DNA from: Phoronis australis
Taxonomy: Eukaryota > Animalia > Phoronida
NCBI GenBank assembly: GCA_002633005.1
Contig: NMRA01000124.1
Location: 324,724 to 388,723 of the forward strand
Direction of reading: 5' to 3'
Length of the DNA: 64,000 bases
The position numbers and the translations under genes are program-made. Positions 24,392 to 37,040 of this stretch are shown here, piece after piece. The notes below the pieces were generated by a model that was given only the letters and a program-made list of their open reading frames with translations, was not told where the DNA came from and made no database searches. The number at the start of each line of letters is the position of its first letter. Within the stretch, counting starts at the first letter, position 1.

Positions 24392-25187
24392 GTGAGCATT
24401 CATAGCTTAAAGCCACGTGTCTGTCCCATGTCAAGAATTTGAGCGAGCATTCATGGGTTAAAGCCATGTGTGGTGTCGTCTTTAAAAACCTCTTGAGTGT
24501 CACATTCGAAATGCATTTTCTAACTTTTTAATACTGCGGGTTAGTGTTACTATCTAGTTTCACTGGTGCGAGAAAGGACTTAATGGAGATGAGTGATTGT
24601 CTTTGTGACTTCATTTGTTGTCACAGATTTCATTTATTCTTGACTAGATTGAAGCTGATAATTTTGCTAAGGCTTAATTATTGTTATACAAGGCTAACCT
24701 TCAAGATGCCTTGCTATAATATGTTTATTTGCCCAGTGTCTACATTATGTATGTGTTGAAGTGTACTTGATTGTCTGTTCTTGTAGCTTGTGTGGGAAAG
24801 CTGCATATCACAGATTGGCCACGGACAGGCATGAGTCAAGTGCACCACCTGTTGTTGATTTTGTGTTTCTCATGAATTGGATTGTGTGGCGTCCAGTTTA
24901 CTTTCATTGGTAGTCAAGCAAAAGTAGTTTTACTAGTGAATGAGATTCTTAAAGGATTCGGTTGTCTGTTGTTTTCTTCTTTCAAAGTGTGACCTCTGTT
25001 GGAACAATATTTTTAGGCGAACAGAAATAGATAAGCATGACGAAGACTAAAGCTGTCTTATCCATTTTGCTTCGATGCAAAAGACAGTGATGGCTCACAT
25101 TTTGTTGAATGCGGTTTGCAGTGAAAAACTGAGTGATTCGTTGGCAATGTAAACATGCCTTGAAATGTTATTTTTGCATTTTTGTAG

Positions 25188-25386
25188 CATGAGGATGCCG
25201 AAGATGACAAACTGAAAAAGATTCTCAGCAAACAACGTCTACATCAGAAGCAGCTTATGTCGCAGACCTTAAACGAGTCTTCTGCTGCGCAGAGTTCCAA
25301 AAACTCACCGAGATCTCCAGCAGCGTCTGCCAGTGCAAAGTCTACCTCGCCCGAATCTGAAGGACGCAGCGTTGCTTCCCGGCCAG
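25188..25386 (+). CDS. CEP97: CEP97 exon 10
   Basis: HEDAEDDKLKKILSKQRLHQKQLMSQ, similar to CEP97 [20 protein letters not shown]. Confidence 0.92.
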
Positions 25387-25985
25387 GTACCTTAGTGACG
25401 GTTAATTTATACACGATCACTGATCCTTTGTCCTCTGATTGGCTTAATCACGGTACGATAACTTCCAATAAATAATAATTTCGACAAACTTTGCTGTGGA
25501 ATATCACTTTAGGTTCATGTTGCCCAGGCGTCAGATTCTGCCATTTATGATTTGACCAATCAGATGCTGTTAGTAGAAAACACAAAACCTGACTCCAAAT
25601 TGAGCAGATGATACCAGACCGTGAAAGCAGGAAAGAACATGCTAATCCATTGAGGCAAAAATCAAAGTGAAGAAGCTTCTGTGCTTATATAATAAAAAAT
25701 ACACACCAGTAGTTTGGCCATGTTGAGTCATATGAACCTGATGTTACCATTGGGATCGGTTCATATTCATTGTAAAATAGTTCATAGAATTCGAACTTAA
25801 TAATTCACTTGGCAGTTCTATTGAGGAAAAGAACTTCTGTTTTAAATCAGTATAGCGCTGTGATTTGGGCTGCAGATTCTCTCTTGTGAAGCCTGAGTTT
25901 GTATCCTGTGTTGGTTAGCGAACTACAAGAATTGTATTAATGGTCTGTTGTCTACTGGTGTTTGGGCATAACTAATGAGTGCTTG

Positions 25986-26155
25986 AAAGAGAGTAAATGT
26001 GGTGTGAATATGCTGAAGGCCCTCACGGAAAGCAAGTGAATGTGACGTGAATAGGTGGAGGGCCCTCATAGAATGGGAGTTAAAGTAGTGTGAATGGATG
26101 CCCTCATAGAAAGGGAGAGAATGTGGTGTGAATGGATGCAATGCCCCCTAGAAAG
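25986..26155. repeat. Degenerate minisatellite, about 40-bp unit, 4 copies
   Basis: gaaagggagagaatgtggtgtgaat...gccctcata repeated. Confidence 0.75.
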
Positions 26156-26426
26156 TAGTGGTGAGTTCACCCTACTTCAAAAGATTAATGGTGAAAATAT
26201 ATCTCTCTGAGAGACCCTCAAGTCGTGTTTCTATTCTTAAGAAATGTGTGAAACCACTCATTTGTAAAGCAGAGTTCATAACTTGACTCGGACGGCATAA
26301 TGTTCAGTCGTGTCAATATTTCCAAGTAATTTTGTGATTAACAATCATGTTATTTCAGCTTTCAGATGTACTTCTTCTTTCTTTGTAGTTGAATGTTTTC
26401 AAATATGATAATTGCAAATACTTCAG

Positions 26427-26501
26427 AAACTGACAAGAAGGAGATCTCACCTCCCCGATATACCATGTATCCGTGTGAAGTGCCGACGCAACTTTACCAA
26501 C
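26427..26501 (+). CDS. CEP97: CEP97 candidate cassette exon (75 nt, phase 1-1)
   Basis: cttcag|...|gtaagc, open frame TDKKEISPPRYTMYPCEVPTQLYQ; no homology support. Confidence 0.5.
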
Positions 26502-27844
26502 GTAAGCCAGTTCTTCCTCATAGTTTTTAAAGAGTGTAGTGGAACTGTAACATGCTCTGCTGTTCATCCTGTTCCTGATTTCTTTGTCATAATTTTGTTA
26601 TTACACGGGCAGCATCATGCCACTTTTGAACTTGCCATTATTGTCGGTACTAGTTATTCTTCCATCCGTTCTTTCATCTGTCTAATCTATCTACTCGAGG
26701 AGTGTTCTTCAAGCTAATCACAATCGTGATATCTAGGCAGCTTTGCTTGTGTGTTACTGTGTAGATTTGGTTAGTTTGAATGGTGTTAATTTGTTAGCTA
26801 AAAAAAAATAGGCAGGTGGCTTGGTGCCTTTTGCGGCGCACCAGGCATGCTTAGGGAATTACAAACTGGCTATTGAACCTGCACGATCTGGCTATATTTT
26901 CTATCTGAACATTATAATCGCACACCGCCCCATCTATTCTGTTTGGGACCCAGCAAAGAAGAATTACTGGTTTGTCCTGTTTGTTGGCTCAAATCCTGTA
27001 CCTCTCAACATCTTTATCGTAATATGCTCACCATACTGAGAGTCTGTTCAGATGGTGTATGTGCCAGTTATATGCTATTGTTTTTTATCACATCTCGGTT
27101 TGGGCTGGAGTGTGTTCTGTCGGGCTATTTTATGTGAGCTTGGCAATATCCCTCATGTGACCTAAGTAGATCAATTTATTAAGTAAATCCATTTATATAT
27201 TTTTTAAATTGTGTACACTTAAAAACTTGAGTCAATGTAGTAACCTTTCTACAAAGTTTTAGCCAACATACGAATCAGTTGGCACGGGAAGTTTGTTGTT
27301 CTATCCTAGAGCATTACAGATTTATACAATGTTTTGTGGATTGTAGGTCAGCCTGGACCTTTACATACTAATTAAAAATGCCTGGTTATCTTGGAATGAT
27401 ATTTCTCAACATTCATTGCAGTTGCTTTCATAGCCTCTGCAGTTTATTTTGGATGCAACAATAGAAAAATGATATAAGCAGCCTGGCAAAAGACCTGGAT
27501 CTTTGTGTCCGCATTTACTTTCATCGAGCCAGAAAAGTAGAGATTTTTAGAATTAACGTAATGTGTTAAAAGTGATTTTCGTGGTGTATAGGAATGAAAC
27601 ACGTTTTTTTCGTTCACTGGCTTTGTGACATGTTGGCCATTTTTGCGTGAATTTTTAGAATATTTCGTCACCCTGCAGCGATAATGTGGCAGTAAAAACA
27701 TTGGAAAATACCGCTCCATATTTAAAAGAATTTTGGTTGCAATTCACCGACTATCCTAGCACCATCTAGTGACAAGGCGTATTTCATCATGTCGCGGCTA
27801 TGTCGGAAAATGGGTATTAACTAATTATAATATTTTTATTGTAG

Positions 27845-27979
27845 ATGATCACAGAATAAAAGGCTCCCCTACTATGGTGTGGAAAAAGACACTTGGTCAC
27901 ACACCTAACGGAGCAGTGGGCATTGACGTTCCAAAGGTCAACCAGGGGGACATAACTCTGGAAGATGTTGAACTGTCAG
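27845..27979 (+). CDS. CEP97: CEP97 exon
   Basis: Contains DITLEDVE, similar to CEP97 DLHLEDIQ; phase 1-1. Confidence 0.8.
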
Positions 27980-28050
27980 GTGCAGTTGGCTCACTGTTAG
28001 AATTGGAATAAAATAATTTTAACGTATGTTTAAGGCTAATTAATTGATTG

Positions 28051-28913
28051 TTATGCGCCCACATATTTATATGCCGTCATCTCTGTCTGTCCGGTGTCCG
28101 GCCGGCGTCCGTCAGGCATCTGTCCGGCGTCCGTCCGGCATCTGTCCTGCATCCGCCGCTCTATCTCCAAAACCTTTTTGACGTATGTTCATGAAATTTT
28201 GCTCCTTTCATGGATGAGACGGTATCAGCGAAATTTCAGACAGATCCGACTACCGGTGTGCCCCCTAGTGGCAATTTTATTTGTTTACACTTACCTCTGT
28301 ATCTTCAAAGGTCCTCAAAGTATTTTCATAAAATTTGACTTATAGGCATCTGTTAGTCTTGTCCTCTTGTTTCCATTGGATTCGAGGCAGTTTGCACCAC
28401 CTGGTGGCCATTTTTATTGTTTTAGAGCTTGTTTTTATGCGTTCACCCCTCTATCAACCAAACTACTGTAGGGATGATTGTGAAAATTGGTTTGTATGTT
28501 TCTACTATGAAGAGGACGGCTCGCCCATGATTTTGCGACAACTTCGACTACTGCGGCACCTCCTAATGGCAGTTTTGTTTTGTTTTGTTTTTGCCCATGG
28601 CTTTATCTCCTAAACTATTTGCAGGATCTTTGTTAAATGTAATAAGACGAGGACGACTTTTAGGCGATACATTGAACGCTGTGCCCCTTAGGGGCAATTT
28701 TTTTATTTTGTTTTCTTTTACCTGAAGATCCTTGACAGATTTTTATGAAATTTGGTAAATAGGTTTGTATTAAAGAAGCAATGGCACGTTACCGTTTTCA
28801 GGTGGGTTGGACATTTATGCGCCAACTAGTGGCCATTTTATGATACAAATAACCCTAGAAGCGACCCGTTTGCAGTGGATTCATGGACGCATTTCATCCT
28901 TCCACGTTGTAGT
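28051..28913 (+). mobile_element. Helentron-like non-autonomous element (HINE/DINE-1 type)
   Basis: Starts ttatgcgcccacat, then a GTCC/GTCT microsatellite; inverted subterminal atggacgcat near the far end. Confidence 0.75.
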
Positions 28914-29196
28914 TATGAGTCGCTGTTTGGAATGAACTGGTAGAAACCATTGTTTTTAAAATGATTATTTTGTTTTGAAATATTTTGTTTGAAATATAAT
29001 CCAGGGCTCTTCACAATGATGAGTTGCAAAGACAAGTCTTTGCATATTGAAGTGACGTAAATGACACACTCTATCCATATTGGATGCTTGTCAGTTTAAT
29101 AAATGGAAGGCAGTTACTACAAGTGACTCATTGGACAAGCCATAAGTAACTACGTCAGAATGAACATTATCAACTGTGGGATAATCTGTGTTTTAG

Positions 29197-30045
29197 ATAC
29201 TGGTGAAATGCTGGTGTCTGAGAGCGTTTACCTCCCTGTGCCTCACGGTTTAGGTGAGACACCACCAAGACCTGTGACAGCACCTCCTGTTGGCAGCCCT
29301 ATGACAACATTTGCAGCCATCGCCGCCAGCGGCGCTAGACCACAGACTGCACTGGCAGGGCCTGTCCAGAAACCAGCCAACCGGTTTCTGAACCATGAAA
29401 GCAAAAAGATCCCATCGGCTAACAGCAAACAGACTGCAAATCGACGCCTGGCAGCCAACTTTGGTGTTCCAATCAAATCTGTTTCTCCACCTACCGTAAA
29501 AAAGACGTCATCTCGTCAGAAAGTTCCATCTCCGCTGAAGCGGAAATCTGACAATCCCATAATGCCTGTGGAGGAAGATGAAGAGGACAGTTTTCGAAAA
29601 TCTCGTGTAAGCAGTATAAAGTCCCTGGCCGTCAACCGCACCATAAAAAAAGCAGTACGACGTTCTGGTGAGAAGGCACACGATTCATCTTCTCTTAGTC
29701 CGCGTGCCAAAGGGAAGGTTGAAAAGATGGGTCATGTAGAGAGTGTTTCATCTATGCCTCAGAAGCCAGGTAGTTCCAAAGGCAATGCGAATTTACCTAA
29801 AAAAGGCCCCCCTGGACAGTTGCCTTCTCCTTTCAGCGGAAACAAGATGGTTCAGAGATCGCAGGTGAATACTGTTGGACAATCTTCGGGTGCGCATGCA
29901 AGTTCTGGGAAACGTGACCGGTTGTACTCGCCTGAAAAGTATTCCCCACAGACCCAGAGTGGGAGGAATTCAGATGTCTCTTCTACTGGTAGTCGAGAAA
30001 AAAACAGAGGCAGCCGTAGGAAGACGGTGGTTATTGAGAAAAGTG
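29197..30045 (+). CDS. CEP97: CEP97 large low-complexity exon
   Basis: Begins TGEMLVSESVYLPV, similar to CEP97 LLSSESTFMPV; 849 nt open; gtaagc donor. Confidence 0.9.
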
Positions 30046-30154
30046 GTAAGCTGTCTTCTGTCATGTTAAGGTACCTTAAAATAACTTGGATCTGCCTTGT
30101 CTGTAGACAATGAGACAGAAAGACTTTAACATAGAGTGTTTAGGGAAATGTTTG

Positions 30155-30336
30155 CGTTAGCTTTGGGGCCGGGGTTAGCGTAAGGGCTATGGTTAGTGTT
30201 AGAGCTAGGGATGATTGGAGTAAAGGTTACTTAGTGTTAGGGTTAGTGTCAGGTTTAGGCCAGGCCTAGCATTGGGGCTATGTTTAGTGTTATGGCTAGA
30301 GACGTTCAGAGTTACGGTTAGCGTTAGCATTAGGCA
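30155..30336 (+). repeat. Degenerate (TTAGGG)n-like hexamer tract
   Basis: gttagtgttagggttagtgtcagg and similar hexamers; loose inverted flanks. Confidence 0.7.
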
Positions 30337-30806
30337 TAAGTTTGTGTGAGGTCTTTTCTTTCTGATTTTGCTGGATGTGTTAATCAGGGCTTGGGATTTT
30401 CTTCCTTTAAGAGGATTTCCTCTTTATTGGTTTTGATTTTCTCTACATTTCCAGTTTCTGGCTTTTCTGTCTCTTTTTCTCATTATTTTGACTTTATTCA
30501 ATGCAAAAACAGATAAATATGATGAACGCCATAAGGGCCTGCATGCCAATCTTCAAGATTAATGAAAATCAATTTCCGCTTAAATTTTGGTGTCCCAAAT
30601 TTTAGGGACTTTCAGCCCGGAGAATTTTGTAGTGTTTTGCAAAATGGAAATGAAGCATCTACATCTGCCGTTTTCATTATTGCTGTAGTATTCGTAGTTT
30701 TCTCTTCTTTATCGTTTGTAGTTGCTATTTGCCAGGAATTGTTCTGTTCAGTAGAACGCTTTCATTTGGTGTTCTTTCATTCATAAGTTTTCCAATTCTT
30801 GTTCAG

Positions 30807-31039
30807 AACTAGCCAAGTGGACCAAGGCAGCCACTCGTATCCAGTGCCAGTGGAGAGGGTACCGCGCGCGAAATCTTGACCCCAAGGTGATCAACGTGAG
30901 GCATGAGATGAGGTATCGACGCGCTGAGAGTCACGTGCGTGCACTCACACAAGAACTGGCGAACGTACGCCAAATGCACGACCAAGAGAAACAGTTGAGA
31001 CTGTTGCAGCTGGAAGCAGTGAAACAACTATGGACAGAG
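30807..31039 (+). CDS. CEP97: CEP97 IQ-motif and coiled-coil exon
   Basis: AATRIQCQWRGYRARNLDPKVINVRHEMRYRRAESHV...KQLWTE. Confidence 0.95.
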
Positions 31040-32101
31040 GTGGGTGTTATCTCGTCGTACAGAGATTGTTCCTGATATAGAAATAGTCTAATGTGAGGTC
31101 ATGAGTTCTAACCAGTCTTTCTTTATTTGCTCACAACAAGAATTACAATGTATGTGCAAGTTGAGCTCACAAGCAGCCACATACACGCCACACTCATACC
31201 AGGGATCACACAAGGTTATGACAAAATAAAGGTACCATCAGGGTCCATCTATCATTGAATATATTTTGTTGGTAATTTTATGAATAGCTTTTCCAAAGGT
31301 AAACAGGAGGTTATTTGTCTTTATGGCACGTTGTGGATGTGTAATTTTGCCATGCAATTCAAGAGATTGACAATTTTTCATCTTTCCCTAAAAATAGGTG
31401 CATAAAAATTAAATTTAATACTATTCCTGTTTTATTTAAAATGATACAATTTTGAAAAGAATCTCACAAAGACTTCTTTCTGACTCCTTTTCACAAAAAG
31501 TTCGCAATTTTGAAGACAAGATGCCAATTTTACAAGGACGTCATGGGTACTAATTGTTCTATGAGTAAGTCTAATCTGGAACCATTTCAATTTAACATCA
31601 TTTGTAAAACTAACCGAGCCTGTGTATGTCTTTCACAGTCTTGATGAAGTATGTTCCCAGTCTGATGTAATTAAGCAAAATCAAAGATGATAGTTACCTG
31701 TAAGAACTGAGTTATTGAAGGGAACGATCTTGTAGGATGATTCAAAAGGAAAAGGTCAAAACACGGTGTATTGAAAGTGTTGTCACTTTGTGGTGGCTGT
31801 TTCCACTTTCACATGCCTTGCCCTTTTCATAATGTAGAGAAGTCTCATTCTATAATTAATTTGATTATGGTTTATCCATAACCCATTTGCTGGTGAGAAA
31901 CGACAAATAGGATTTTGTAAGGGAGTGGAGCCAGTGTACTTTTTGAATTTTCAGTAATGAAATGTATCCCTTTTGACCCCTTGATAAGATGATTTTGCTG
32001 CTTTTAGTGTTTTTTTTTCTCCACAGAAAAATCCATTAAGAAATCATTGAACCCAACTGTCTAAGTTCTTTCAAAACACTATGATGATGTAACTTTGGCA
32101 G

Positions 32102-32185
32102 GTGCAAGACTTAAAAGACTGGAAGTGTAGCCACAGCCAACCACTTGCCACGCCTGCTGAACCTCAGGCAGAACTTCATGTGGAG
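32102..32185 (+). CDS. CEP97: CEP97 exon
   Basis: VQDLKDWK..., similar to CEP97 VRSLQVWQ; phase 0-0. Confidence 0.85.
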
Positions 32186-32566
32186 GTAATTACTTCCTGT
32201 TTACATTTGAAGCACTTGCGAGCATTGCTGTACACTATGTCACTGTTGCTGCCGCTTTCAGCGCTCCGCTTTTGCTCAGGTAGGACGTGCATTGTATGAT
32301 TGACTTAGTTTTCTAAAGGAGCAATTTATTAATTTCTTCTGAGCCAAGAGAAAGGAACAAATCATCAGGCCTCACTCGGGGTTTTAACGTTTTTTGGTGT
32401 CTGCACTATGACTCACTAGGCAACAGTATGATTTTATTACCATCAGAATGACAGATGGCAACCACATGCTGTGATACTTAATATGACAACGACATGAGGT
32501 TTTGTGTAGAATTTGATCCGAATGCAAATGATTAATAATATGTTCATGTAAGATTTGTTTTTGCAG

Positions 32567-32654
32567 GTTGCTGCACTTAAAGACCTGGTGTTGTCACTTA
32601 ACAAAAAAATTCAAGTTTTGGAGGTGAAATCCAGTGAGAAACTAATAGCTCCTA
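32567..32654 (+). CDS. CEP97: CEP97 exon (coiled coil)
   Basis: VAALKDLVLSLNKKIQVLEVKSSEKLIAP; strong tttttgcag and gtaagt. Confidence 0.8.
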
Positions 32655-33183
32655 GTAAGTGGACGTTTCAATTTCTAGAGTTCGTTTTGTAGATAGTCTT
32701 TGGCTTCTCATGATTATTCACAGATCAGTATATTTTTGTTGGTTATTTGTCCGTGCTTGGAATTTTCCTCTTTTAAAAGGATTCCCTCTTGTTTGATTTC
32801 CAGTTTCCTCATTTTTCATCTCTTTGTTCTCATTTCATTTTTGAAGAATTTTCCTCTTTTTTTGTCGTTGGTCACTGGTCATTCCAATCTCTGATTTGTA
32901 AATTATTAACTAAGATTACCAGCTTTTTTTTTGGAAAGTTGCCAAACACAATTCTTGTGTCGAAAGCTTTTCTAGTTATGAATAGAATGTCACAGACTTT
33001 AAACTCTATGTTTTGAGTTAGCATGAGCGATGTAATTTTAAGATCATGTTTTTTAAACATTTACTAGTTGCCCAGTTACTTCAATTTCTGGGCAGTTTTG
33101 TCATCTTTTGTGTTTATCTAATACTACTGACAGAAATAAAATGTTAAAAATATTATTTAAAACCAATTTTTGTTTATTTTAAG

Positions 33184-33213
33184 TCAAAACCACCAAGAAG
33201 AGTTACAGAGCCG
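33184..33213 (+). CDS. CEP97: CEP97 candidate 30-nt microexon
   Basis: T-rich tract then aag|TCAAAACCACCAAGAAGAGTTACAGAGCCG|gtaaaa; phase 1-1; signals only. Confidence 0.35.
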
Positions 33214-34206
33214 GTAAAAATGTTTAACTTTGTTCCGACACTGTTGTTAGTTTGTGTTCTTCGTTTTCTGATGATGTCACTTGTGGCCATCTTCTTCAAC
33301 TCTCGGTAGCGGAAATAAACTTGATGTTTTAAAATGGATCACTTTAAAGTGGATAGTCCCACATTACTTAACAACACTTGAACCTCGCGATATATATCCA
33401 CAAGGCTGCAGCATCCGTTAAGCTCTTCTCCGGCCTTGTTTTCGCGCATTAGAAGTTTTCTTGTGTTATTTGTTGGTGTGTTGCATTTTTATTTTTTTGT
33501 TAACTGTATTCGACCTTCCAGTGCCAGCAAATTTTACTTCTGTGCAATGGTCTGCAACTTTGATGACAGAAATTTAAAGAAACTTGAGAAATAACCATAG
33601 CTGTGATATTTTCTGCCACGATTCCTAGAATCGGCCGGAATTTCTTAAATAAGGCCGATGTAACAACGCGTTTTTCTACCTCCGGGACAAGGGAGATTTC
33701 TATGCGGAACCATCCTATNNNNNNNNNNNNNNNNNNNNNNNNNNNNNNNNNNNNNNNNNNNNNNNNNNNNNNNNNNNNNNNNNNNNNNNNNNNNNNNNNN
33801 NNNNNNNNNNNNNNNNNNNNNNNNNNNNNNNNNNNNNNNNNNNNNNNNNNNNNNNNNNNNNNNNNNNNNNNNNNNNNNNNNNNNNNNNNNNNNTCTCTTG
33901 TGTTCAACCCATGACGTCACATGGCGGGAAATGTGAAAATTGGCAAAATTGAAAGAAAAATCAAAATTTCGAGCTAATTACACAAAATAAACATGGGTTT
34001 AGCTAAATTTTACGTCATACATTTAGTTTGTGGCCACCGGTAATTCAAAATGTGCAAAAATTCATGGTGTGTACTGTTTAAGGCTTGGTCGTGGTTCGAA
34101 CAATGTACATCACTTGAATGAACCCGGCTCACTGCTTTGTCAAGACGGCCTATAATCATTAAGGTTCAGTGTAAACTGAATCAGTAATTATTTGATTGTT
34201 ATGCAG

Positions 34207-34290
34207 ACAAAGAGTCAATGAGCCTAAGGGAACACGTGCCGGAGACTACTCAAGACAGGAATGTGAATCAAAGTGCTCAGGAAACATGGG
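34207..34290 (+). CDS. CEP97: CEP97 exon
   Basis: KESMSLREHVPETTQDRNVNQSAQETW; gtgagt donor; phase 1-1. Confidence 0.7.
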
Positions 34291-35175
34291 GTGAGTGTAG
34301 TGATTGAAAGTATTGTCATGGCTTAGACTGCTCAAATTCTGGACCATGAAATGGAATTAGTTTTTACATCATATTCACTTGTCAATTTTTATTTGTCGTT
34401 ATTGTGACAATTGGCAAATGAAAAATTCACTGTGTATTATAAATCATTTTTGTTTTGCTGTTTAAGACTAAATGCAGCAGTAGAGGCAAGAACTTAAAAT
34501 TTTGCAGACTGTCAATTTTATGTAAAGCTCAATGTTTTCAATGCTAGACATTTTTGGTGGTGTCCGGCAGTTTCCCAACACTCGTCGCATTTAGTCCAGT
34601 GAAGCATGAGGTGGTATGAAATAATGTCTGTAAAGATGGCCTTGTTGAGCTGACAAGATAGTCTAATTGAGATAAAGTCTTATAACTATAAATTCACACT
34701 TTTTACAGTAGATGCTAGAAATGTTCCCAATCGACATCTAAGCACAACTCAATGTGCCTTTCCAAACTGAAAAAAGCATGCTGCTCTTTTGTTCACATTT
34801 GTCGAGCTCAATATTGACACGCTGCTGAAAAAACGCTGGTAAGCAGAGTTGAACAGTCTTTTTGCAGTGCGTGGTGCAGTGCTTGTTCCCAATAGAATTG
34901 TGCAGTTGTATGCAAAGTTTTGGGTACATAATTCAAGTAGAAAAAATATTAGCAAAGGTTTGGACCCTGTTTTGGGAGAGTCACTCTGTATTATTTGGAC
35001 AAGGAGTCTTACAGGTAGTGGGATTAAACTGGTAGTGGGCTTATGTTGGGGTGGATATTGTATTACTACGGGAAATGGAAAAGTATTATGATAAAGTAAT
35101 TGGACATGTTTTTGTGCCTTTGAGATTGTTGCCTTGTTGTATCTGCACCTCGATATTCTTGTTTATTATTTATAG

Positions 35176-35355
35176 ACAGTGGTCTTCAACTGTCCACTGA
35201 CCATACCTTGTCCCTGGACCAGTCTGTGACAGGGGTGCCACAGGCTCCCACCAACCTCTACCTAGAGCATCGCAGTGACAAAAGCGTCGTTCTGCGCTGG
35301 GACCGGTCAGTCACACTGGACCAAGATGACCAGCCAGTGCACAAACCTTTGCTGG
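35176..35355 (+). CDS. CEP97: CEP97 exon, first part of FN3 domain
   Basis: PQAPTNLYLEHRSDKSVVLRWD (FN3 strands A-B); gtgagt donor. Confidence 0.85.
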
Positions 35356-35544
35356 GTGAGTGGTGGCAATGGTTAAGTAAAGATCACCAGAAAGTTCACC
35401 TTTTTATTGCAGTCTTAATTTATTACATTTGAAGCACTGTTTATGGAAAACATCAGCGTTATGCCGTAGAGAGTAGGCGTGTTTTGTTAAAAGTGTACGT
35501 GTTGAGAATTCAGTAATCAATAATGACTTATTATTCTTTTTAAG

Positions 35545-35641
35545 GTTATCGAATCTTTGTAAATGACATTCCTAAAGGCATGGTATCTGACAGAAAGACC
35601 AAAGCACTGGTGGATGGTCTTGATTTCAACTTCAGCTACAA
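35545..35641 (+). CDS. CEP97: CEP97 exon, middle of FN3 domain
   Basis: GYRIFVNDIPKGMVSDRKTKALVDGLDFNFSY; phase 1-2. Confidence 0.85.
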
Positions 35642-37040
35642 GTAAGCCCTTGCTGGCAATAGTCTCGATTGTCATAAAATAAAAATAACAATGTGTTGAG
35701 TTGTTGCATTTCTTAGATTTAACTAAAGAAATGCATGTAGATCTCTACTTATCCACATTCGTGTCCAAGTTTAAACTCACTGGCACCTCGACTTTTCAGA
35801 AATTTTGTTTCAAACACGCAAGCTTGACTTAACCCTTTCCCTGTAGTATTTTTTGTTCCTCAACTTCAACACCCGGGGCCACTAACCTGAACGAGTGTGA
35901 TGCTTTTTGTTCTGTAGCCATTTGCGAAACCGGTTCTCTTTAAATTTGACCAAAATAACATAATTTGCTAAGTGTACATTAATTAAAAAGTACTGAAGCA
36001 TGTCAGTGTTGCCGTTGGAAGAAAGCAGACGTGCTGTTAAGGAAAGTGATTGTCCGATAGTTATGCGACACTTCATTGAAGCACTGCAGTCTAAGCCATT
36101 GGTGTCAGTTGTTCTCATTATTGTGGGGCCTGGTTCACTACCCTAAAGTCATCTTAGTCTAAACAGAGTGAGTTCAGAGTGCTTCCCCTATGCCAGAGGG
36201 AGTAGCTGAACCCTGGCCATGAGCCGTAGAATACTTACGATGGAGGTAGGACCCTTATGACATTAGCCAACCATTGCAATGGGCGCTTAACCTTTAACCC
36301 TAACCACTCTTCACAAAACTGAATGCACTGCAGTCACTTGCATTGACGTGCTTGTGCGTGGTTGTAGATCAGTTTCTATTGCTGCAGTTCTTTGTATGTG
36401 GTAAGAGCTTTCGTGGCACATGGTGTTTTGTGGAGAGTGGGAAGTGTTCCTCGTTCTGTGGTAAGGATTAAATTGAGTGTGATCCATAACTGCCAATAAC
36501 TAAAGTGGAAAAGTGTGACTGGTATTCCGTATAGCCAGGTGGTAGGTAATTGGCCCAATGGAACTATTCACGACTAAGGTTTTACACGTATCAACAGTCT
36601 AGCCAAATATCCTATTAAACTATGAAATTTAATTTGGTAAGATTTTCTGAAAGTAGGAAGCTTGTAGAACTTGAATTTTGACATGTTACCAATCTGACAT
36701 GGATTAGGTCAAGTGAAATTACAGTCATTGCAAAACTGTGGCATAAATAACTTGACCAAATTTTGTTTGATGTAAATGATCAAGATAAAATCTCAAAAAC
36801 AATTATGTTACAGTTTATTTGGTTATTACTTCGTTTTTGCATGCAACTTTTGTGCTATTTTTGATGGCCCCTCTTGGAAAAGTGAATCATATTCAAAACA
36901 ATTTTAAATTTATTTTTTGGAGAACAGTGCCTATTGCTTAGTATTTGATCAGCCATTCTGAGATACATGTATGATGTTCTGAAGTTTGCCAAGTACGGGC
37001 TTTTTTAGGTTCTTAAATGTCGCTCGTCATTGTTTTGTAG

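Noticed and set aside
26389-26717. 101-aa ORF or exon starting at the AG at 26387-26388
   Set aside because: In the CEP97 phase it hits TGA after six codons; only 26427-26501 fits the frame
33500-33920. ORFs spanning the first N gap
   Set aside because: Artefacts of translating N
36120-36310. Hairpin followed by ttaaccctaacc as a telomerase RNA template
   Set aside because: No recognisable pseudoknot, CR4/5 or H/ACA elements downstream; more likely a repeat 3' tail
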